Positions 57,791-64,000 of a stretch of 64,000 nt of DNA are shown piece after piece. Within the stretch, counting starts at the first letter, position 1. The number at the start of each line of letters is the position of its first letter. A program made the translations under genes and the position numbers. Below the pieces are notes generated by a model that made no database searches, had not been told where the DNA came from, and worked only from the letters and a program-made list of their open reading frames with translations. This DNA comes from an uncultured bacterium (lineage in GTDB: Bacteria; Babelota; Babeliae; Babelales; Vermiphilaceae). The stretch lies in assembly GCA_963713925.1 (NCBI GenBank), contig OY970212.1:32001-96000 (forward strand), in the 5' to 3' direction.

Positions 57791-59104
57791 TCATTCCTGG
57801 GGAGCCGATGGCCCTGGTTCCGGATATTGAAATTGCGGTGGTTGCTGGCTATATCGGTGTTGCACATCAAAGCGATATTGTGCTTCTATCCGCCCTACTG
57901 TTGCCATTGTTTTATTAAGCATATCGGCATTTGATAGATTCACTCGCTGCACTTCGGTCAATTTCACTTGCGTTTCTTCATGATGTTCTTGCTGTGCTTT
58001 CCGCAATGCATCAAACCGAGTTGATATGTTTGTTGTAAAATCAGAGAATCGTCTTGCGATTTTTTCATCCATTACATTTACTTGTGAACCCAAAACGGCC
58101 GCTGTCTGCAACGCCCGAGTGCTCACCTCCGTTGCTTCTCTTTGAAGATCGGAGATTAATTTGCCTAATTGCGCTTGAGCATCAGTTATGAACTTTGATT
58201 TTTTCAGCTGATATTCTTTTTTTGCTCGATCGACTTCAAGTTGAATTTGAATCCTTTCATGCTCTTGCTGTTTAACACGTTCGTGATTTATCTCAGTTTC
58301 AAGCCATACATGTGTATTTCTAACCAAAGTGATAAGAGTATCTCTCGTTACTTGAATATCTTTCTTCACTGTCGGCGAAAGATTCATATCGGACAAAGAT
58401 TCCAATTGCTTAATCTCATATTGAACAGTTTCACAAAATTCAGTAATTCGAGTGATGCTTTGACCAAAATCCCCCTGGATTGCATCCTTCAATTCTGATT
58501 TCGAAGCACTTTGCTGATATTTGAATTGTCTAACAAGCGCGTGCAATTTATCTTGCACTTTTTCATCATTTTTTTTGATATCAGCTTCAAGAAGTCGTTG
58601 ATTCAATTCTTTAATGTCCGGTTCAACTTCAACTCGCATTTGTTCGGGAAGCGATCGAGTATATGCTTGTGCTTCTCGCTCATCGGTTATTTGAGACAGT
58701 CTCTTTCTGACATTCGCTTTATCCAAGAGGTTGATCCGTCGCAACAGTTCTACTTCACTGTAACATATCGACTCTTTTCCTTCTGACCCAACAAATCGTT
58801 CACTCGTTTTGATTTGTTTGAGCATTTCATCCAATACCCCAATGGAAAAAGCATCATTATTTTCTTCATTTTTTTTTAAAACATTCTCGATCTTTTTAAC
58901 ATCTTTCTCATGTGTCCATTGCTTATAGTAATCGACACCGATACTCGTTAAAAGAGTGGTCATCACCCCCCCGGCAAATGCGCCGAGTCCAATCAAAGTT
59001 GGGTCTATCTTAGTAAAATTTTTATTATCTGATGCCGGGCAAATTGTCACTGCGGTCATCAGTGTAACCGACAAAAAAATATGTTTCATATTTGTGGAAT
59101 TCAT
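57791..59104 (-). CDS. Signal peptide + TM + long coiled-coil protein
   Basis: MKHIFL signal, GLGAFAGGV helix, heptad-rich region, C-terminal YPEPGPSAP. Confidence 0.7.
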   Translation of the reverse strand: MNSTNMKHIFLSVTLMTAVTICPASDNKNFTKIDPTLIGLGAFAGGVMTTLLTSIGVDYYKQWTHEKDVKKIENVLKKNEENNDAFSIGVLDEMLKQIKTSERFVGSEGKESICYSEVELLRRINLLDKANVRKRLSQITDEREAQAYTRSLPEQMRVEVEPDIKELNQRLLEADIKKNDEKVQDKLHALVRQFKYQQSASKSELKDAIQGDFGQSITRITEFCETVQYEIKQLESLSDMNLSPTVKKDIQVTRDTLITLVRNTHVWLETEINHERVKQQEHERIQIQLEVDRAKKEYQLKKSKFITDAQAQLGKLISDLQREATEVSTRALQTAAVLGSQVNVMDEKIARRFSDFTTNISTRFDALRKAQQEHHEETQVKLTEVQRVNLSNADMLNKTMATVGRIEAQYRFDVQHRYSQQPPQFQYPEPGPSAPQE

Positions 59105-59294
59105 AAAACACCGTTTACTATGTATTGTGAAAAGACTGATTGTCAGTGAAATTTTAAGGCAGATATTCGATAAAATCAATGTGCTGTATTGTTGTGTGCA
59201 ATCGCGGCCATTAAGTAAACCCATTGCTGTCATATAAAATCCGTGTTATACAACATTAGGGAAAGTCATATGACAAACATCGAAAGTAGTAAGC

Positions 59295-61028
59295 ATGCGT
59301 TCAAATATTAACCGGACTATAAAACTCTTCGAGTTTACAGTCCGAAGATATTCGGTTCTTAGTCTTTTTATCATCCTCTCGATTTTTTCAACACAAATCT
59401 TTCCAACCAACAACGATTCATACAATCCTGAATATTGGCACAATCAGAAAGATCAACCGGTGAGTTCGGGAGATCAGCTACGATTTGATGAAATCAGAAA
59501 AGAAGATGACAAACAATTTGCACCGCGTTCAACCGGCATTCCTTATCTTGATGCCGCAATCAATGTCGCTTTGTTGGCATACTGCGCATCTACACAAGGC
59601 CGCGATCGACGATTAGAAAACAATAAAGAAGCTGAGGCGGCTTGGCTTAGAAGGGCCGGCATACCCTGTCCCGATCCGCAACAACAATACACACCTCCTC
59701 CGCAAAAACCACAACCAAAACCTGAGCCGCAACTTCCTCCCATGACACCCCAGCAAAGAGAAATTCATCAGCGATTTGAGCAAGATTTTCCGGAATATGT
59801 GCGACAAAACAATGAATTGAGAGATTGGTGTCTTCAGCATTTTGAACAAATTGAGCTCTTTGATCGATTCAAATGGCGCGGAGTTCCAACAAATGACCCA
59901 GGGTTTCCACGTGAATATCACTCTCAATTACCTTCAGATCTGAGCAATCATCTTAGGGAATATGGAGTTGATCCCGACAACTGGAGCAATGTGTGTTACA
60001 ACAACATACAGTGTTATGTCCATGCCGATTCTATGCGACTGCTTCGACGCACGATGCATCCTTTTAAAAGCGATTTTCTAAATGACTGCAGAGGGGATAT
60101 TGTTCAAACGCTTGATGCGGGAAGAGCTTTCAATGCGCAAGGCTATTGCTCAAAAGCAGGACGAGTAAACGATTTTTGTGCTGTTCTCATGGATTATGGA
60201 GAAGCTACTCTTGGCGGAGCCGCAAGCGGAATTTGTGAAGCTCTTAATTATGCTTGGGAGCATAAAGGAGCTCTTGTAATTGGTGGAGCTGCCGCGATCG
60301 CAATTGCCGGATACCCGGCAGTTGCAACTGCTTTAACAACCGCCGTCGTAGTCGCCAATGTTGCTCCGATCTGTTGGGAAATAGGTCAAGGATTAGGCGA
60401 ATGGATTTGCGAAGATAAAATAGCATTGGATGAACGATTAAATCGCAACCTCGGGCCCTTTTTTGACAAAAAAGCTGAGATCGATGCCGGAACGCGTGGG
60501 CTCAAAGATTGTGTGCGTGATGTTGCTCAATCCGGCGGACTCATTGGCGCGGAGATCCTGCTGACAAGGGGCGCAGGAACCATTATCCAAAAAGCTGCAA
60601 AACATGCCGGAAAGGTTATCAAAAAAATTGGCAAGCCCGGCAAAGAACGCTACCAAATGGTTACTCCTGATGGACATGTTGTCGATGTCGTGGATGATGC
60701 TACAAAAGCTCAACATCGTCTCAAAAGCGCCAACAGCAAAATTGATACCGAGAAAAATATCCCCCAAGCAACTCGAACGATAGAAAAGGCTGCGAAAAAA
60801 TTTACCACCAAAGAAGCAACTGAAATGGCAGAAAAATTGGGGTTCAAAAAGACAAATTACTTTTCTCATGGACAGCCCATTTTCAAGAAAGGAAGCAAAT
60901 ATATCACCATAGATATGGATCAACATAATGGAGGTGTTTGGAAGATGGCGGATTCAGTTGAAAATCTATCTCGAAAATCAACTCGCTTGGGAACTTATGA
61001 TGAATTTTTAAATAGAATAGGCGACTAG
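59295..61028 (+). CDS. Sec-signal polymorphic toxin with Ntox21-like RNase tip
   Basis: LGFKKT..SHGQPIFKKG..YITIDMDQHNGGVWK..RLGTYD..RIGD matches the DxDxxxH-like, RxGT and RxxD Ntox21 pattern. Confidence 0.85.
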   Translation: MRSNINRTIKLFEFTVRRYSVLSLFIILSIFSTQIFPTNNDSYNPEYWHNQKDQPVSSGDQLRFDEIRKEDDKQFAPRSTGIPYLDAAINVALLAYCASTQGRDRRLENNKEAEAAWLRRAGIPCPDPQQQYTPPPQKPQPKPEPQLPPMTPQQREIHQRFEQDFPEYVRQNNELRDWCLQHFEQIELFDRFKWRGVPTNDPGFPREYHSQLPSDLSNHLREYGVDPDNWSNVCYNNIQCYVHADSMRLLRRTMHPFKSDFLNDCRGDIVQTLDAGRAFNAQGYCSKAGRVNDFCAVLMDYGEATLGGAASGICEALNYAWEHKGALVIGGAAAIAIAGYPAVATALTTAVVVANVAPICWEIGQGLGEWICEDKIALDERLNRNLGPFFDKKAEIDAGTRGLKDCVRDVAQSGGLIGAEILLTRGAGTIIQKAAKHAGKVIKKIGKPGKERYQMVTPDGHVVDVVDDATKAQHRLKSANSKIDTEKNIPQATRTIEKAAKKFTTKEATEMAEKLGFKKTNYFSHGQPIFKKGSKYITIDMDQHNGGVWKMADSVENLSRKSTRLGTYDEFLNRIGD

Positions 61029-61544
61029 ATGCTTTATTTCAGAATAACAAAATATAATCCTATCTTTAGAAATGAACATGGTCACTACAAAAAAGATGAT
61101 TGGAGTAGCGTCAGCGATATAGGAAAAACTTTTGATGGCGAATTATTAACAGCTGCTGATTATTTAAATATCGAAAATGCATATGTTAAAGCCATTACAA
61201 TGTTAATGAAAACTTTACATATAAAGGTTTTAACAATTTCAAAGCTGGAAAAACGTAGAATAATTCCTTCTCCCATCACACCTTCCAAAGGATTATTGGA
61301 TACTCACAGTGCGATTGTAAACAATCAAAAGGTTTCAGTTGAAGTTGTCGCTAATATTGTAAGACTTGCATTGAGAGAAGATATATGGTGTGAACTTTTA
61401 TCTCCTGAAATGGAAGTTTATTTTGGATACGATTATTATATGTATGCCGCTGTTTCGCATATTGACCAAACATTAATCGATACGATTGAAGAAACGGGTC
61501 TTTTTGTTGAACAAATGGATGACATTCCTTGGCGTAGTTCATGA
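61029..61544 (+). CDS. Putative cognate immunity protein
   Basis: Starts directly after toxin stop; RITKYNP..W.S.SDIG..LRE.IWC..FGYDYYMY..GLFVE. Confidence 0.75.
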   Translation: MLYFRITKYNPIFRNEHGHYKKDDWSSVSDIGKTFDGELLTAADYLNIENAYVKAITMLMKTLHIKVLTISKLEKRRIIPSPITPSKGLLDTHSAIVNNQKVSVEVVANIVRLALREDIWCELLSPEMEVYFGYDYYMYAAVSHIDQTLIDTIEETGLFVEQMDDIPWRSS

Positions 61545-61848
61545 ATCAAGATAAAAAACTACTATATGATTTAATCAAGCAATACCTTAACCAAAAAAAG
61601 ATCCGTGGATTTTTAGTGATGATTTTATAATTCTCTATGACCAAGAACTCAGTAGTGAGTTATTTGATGAATACGAGCGTAGCATTCTTTCAGGCCTTAG
61701 CGAAGAAGTTGGCAGATTTACGAATATTGAATCCGACCTAAAGGAACATCCAGATGTTTACATTGGTGAAAAAACAATGTACCTATTAGTTGAAAAAGCG
61801 TGGAAGGATTTAGCTAACTATGTCACTAAATCAAAAGACATTTCATGA
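61541..61848 (+). pseudogene. Colicin-D-immunity-like protein interrupted by a -1 frameshift at A7G (61593..61600)
   Basis: MNQDKKLLYDLIKQYLNQK then -1 frame DPWIFSDDF..YIGEKTMYLLVEKA; paralog of 61820..62104. Confidence 0.75.
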
Positions 61849-62104
61849 TCTCATAGAACATTACCTCGCTCATCGAATATCTTCGGAGAGCTTTAGCGAT
61901 AACTTTGTTGATTTATTCTATGAAACAAAGCGTGAATCATTTTCTACTCCAGAGAAGGAAATACTTTTGGATTTAGTAGAATGGCTTAAACGCTTTAGCC
62001 CTTTTGAAGAAGATTTAAAACAATATCCAAATGTGTATATCGACGAAAAAACCATGTATCGATTGGTTGAAAATGCAAGAGAAAAAACTGAAGCACGGGG
62101 ATAA
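61820..62104 (+). CDS. Orphan immunity protein, colicin-D-immunity-like
   Basis: LIEHYL..IS.E.F...F..LF; RFSPFEEDL..YIDEK. Confidence 0.65.
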   Translation: MSLNQKTFHDLIEHYLAHRISSESFSDNFVDLFYETKRESFSTPEKEILLDLVEWLKRFSPFEEDLKQYPNVYIDEKTMYRLVENAREKTEARG

Positions 62105-62404
62105 ATGAGATATTTAATCCTCATTGCGGATTACACGCAATCATGTATACATGACGATTTTAGTGGGCCTCTCAGACTTGCTGATTTATCGCTTCCCACA
62201 GAAATAGTTACACAATTAGAACAATGGAATGAACGTTATAAAGCAATCATTCCTCTTTCAGATAAAGACCGAATTAAACAACTACAACTCATTCATGATT
62301 TGGATAAACAAGGATTATTACTATCTTCGCAGCTTCAAAATATATTGAATGCCAAGGTTAAATATTTTAGTGAAGGACTTTTACAATATTTGTCTCCTAA
62401 ATAG
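62105..62404 (+). CDS. Putative orphan immunity protein
   Basis: Abuts previous gene; LILIADY..L.QWNERY..LDKQG. Confidence 0.55.
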   Translation: MRYLILIADYTQSCIHDDFSGPLRLADLSLPTEIVTQLEQWNERYKAIIPLSDKDRIKQLQLIHDLDKQGLLLSSQLQNILNAKVKYFSEGLLQYLSPK

Positions 62405-62416
62405 AAATAAGTTTTG

Positions 62417-62893
62417 ATGCCAGAATATTTCGAAATATCTTTCATATCAAAAAAAATCGCTCCAAAAGAAAAAATTTCTGATCTTTTTCTTACTCGGATT
62501 CATTTACAGGAAGGCGAAAACTATCTCATACACAGTGACTATGCCTTGATGCAAAAGAAAAACATATTATTTCACATATATGAATATGACGATACTGATT
62601 ATCTTGAATCTACTATCAGTATTCCCGAAATGAAATTTTACAAGAAATCGTTTGATAGAGAACTAGAAGAAATTAAAAAAATCGTGTTGGCATGTTCTCA
62701 GTTTTATACCTTTGAATTTGCGGTTTGCAGCTATGAAATGAATAGTTATTTTATCACCAATGTTAAAACAATTAATGATATGGATGACGCATTTCTGCTA
62801 CAATTCCCCATTTACTTCAACAATAGCGTTAAAAAATCATTTGGTATGTACGTCAATGTAGCAGCGCAAGAAATCTTTGTAGATGAAGATTAA
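62417..62893 (+). CDS. Putative orphan immunity protein
   Basis: Last gene of AT-rich array after the toxin; FAVCSYE. Confidence 0.5.
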   Translation: MPEYFEISFISKKIAPKEKISDLFLTRIHLQEGENYLIHSDYALMQKKNILFHIYEYDDTDYLESTISIPEMKFYKKSFDRELEEIKKIVLACSQFYTFEFAVCSYEMNSYFITNVKTINDMDDAFLLQFPIYFNNSVKKSFGMYVNVAAQEIFVDED

Positions 62894-62924
62894 TAGTAAA
62901 AAATGAATAGATTATCACCACAAC

Positions 62925-62962
62925 GAAAAGAGGGAATGTCCTTAAGGACATTCCCTCTTTTC
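62925..62962. terminator. Perfect 38-bp palindrome, bidirectional terminator
   Basis: GAAAAGAGGGAATGTCCTTAAGGACATTCCCTCTTTTC between convergent genes. Confidence 0.75.
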
Positions 62963-62980
62963 ATTTTTCACAATTACAGT

Positions 62981-64000
62981 TTACTGACCAGTTGCGGTTG
63001 TTTTCTTGTTGATAGATTCAAGAAACTCTTCATTTGTTTTGTGTTTCTTCAATTTATCAATCAAGAATTCCATACCTTCCATTGAGTTCATAGTCGCCAA
63101 GAACTTTTGCATCACCCAAACCTTATTGAGCTCGTCCTCAGGAAGTAACAACTCATCGCGGCGAGTACCTGACACTAAAATATCAAAGGCAGGATAAATA
63201 CGTCGGTTTGAAAGTTTACGCGTCATATGCATTTCCATATTACCCGTACCCTTAAACTCTTCGTAAATAACCTCATCCATGCGAGAGCCGGTATCAATCA
63301 ATGATGATGCAATAATGGTGAGCGACCCGCCTTCTTCGGTGTTTCGCGCAGCGCCAAAGAAACGTTTTGGTCGTTGCAATGCATTTGCATCAATACCACC
63401 GGTCAATACCTTGCCTGAAGCAGGGGCTACCGTGTTGTAAGCTCGCGCCAAACGAGTGATCGAGTCAAGCACGATGACCACATCTTTGCCCGCTTCGACA
63501 AGTCGTTTTGCTTTTTCAAGCACGATTTCTGCAACTTGCACGTGGCGATCTGCCGACTCATCAAAGGTCGAGCTGATTACTTCTGCTGAAGTGCCTCTGA
63601 CCATGCGGCGCATTTCTGCAACTTCTTCCGGACGCTCATCAATCAAAAGCATGATTAAATGAACTTCAGGGTGATTTGCAATCAATGCTTGCACGATATC
63701 TTTGAGCAAGACCGTTTTACCCACTTTTGGCTGCGCAACGATTAATCCACGCTGCCCTTTACCAATCGGAGTAAACATATCCATGATACGAGTTGAAAGA
63801 TTTGCTGGATCATGTTCAAGATTAAACTTTTTTTCCGGGTGCAATGGAGTCAGGCGATCGAAATTAGGTCTATCTTCAGTCAATGCCGGTTCACCAAAAT
63901 TTACTTTGCTTACTTTGAGTAAAGCAAAATACTTTTCCCCCTCTTTTGGACGGCGAATCACGCCGGTCACTGTATCGCCAGTTCTTAAATTAAAGCGACG
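62981..64000 (-). CDS. rho: Transcription termination factor Rho (5' truncated by window edge)
   Basis: [43 protein letters not shown]. Confidence 0.97.
   Translation of the reverse strand, partial: RRFNLRTGDTVTGVIRRPKEGEKYFALLKVSKVNFGEPALTEDRPNFDRLTPLHPEKKFNLEHDPANLSTRIMDMFTPIGKGQRGLIVAQPKVGKTVLLKDIVQALIANHPEVHLIMLLIDERPEEVAEMRRMVRGTSAEVISSTFDESADRHVQVAEIVLEKAKRLVEAGKDVVIVLDSITRLARAYNTVAPASGKVLTGGIDANALQRPKRFFGAARNTEEGGSLTIIASSLIDTGSRMDEVIYEEFKGTGNMEMHMTRKLSNRRIYPAFDILVSGTRRDELLLPEDELNKVWVMQKFLATMNSMEGMEFLIDKLKKHKTNEEFLESINKKTTATGQ

Overview
AT-rich bacterial window whose gene content (Npt/TLC-type nucleotide translocase, type II secretion pseudopilin cluster, ankyrin and Skp1-WD40 proteins, many orphan 'MKK..' signal-peptide proteins) points to an intracellular parasite of protists, most likely Candidatus Dependentiae/Babeliae (TM6); this assignment is inferred. 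Housekeeping genes (priA, comM/yifB, acpS, murJ, lon, secG, mlaE/F/D, gspF-K, rho, tRNA-Arg, tRNA-fMet) alternate with accessory blocks. Main observations: (1) three Sec-signal polymorphic toxin-immunity loci, two with a Hint domain at the mature N-terminus that lacks Cys1 and the block-B His but keeps the terminal HN; (2) an operon in which a nucleotide-sugar epimerase and three glycosyltransferase-like proteins, including an ABO-like GT6 with DVD motif, all carry N-terminal signal peptides; (3) accessory cassettes flanked by diverged direct duplications, including a 69-nt gene end with 10 differences that are all synonymous; (4) three families of short palindromic repeats nested in one another, one copy apparently in-frame in the gspJ leader; (5) several single-base frameshifts limited to accessory genes, one on an in-frame A_AAA_AAG slippery site. 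Family calls come from motif recognition only; no database search was run.
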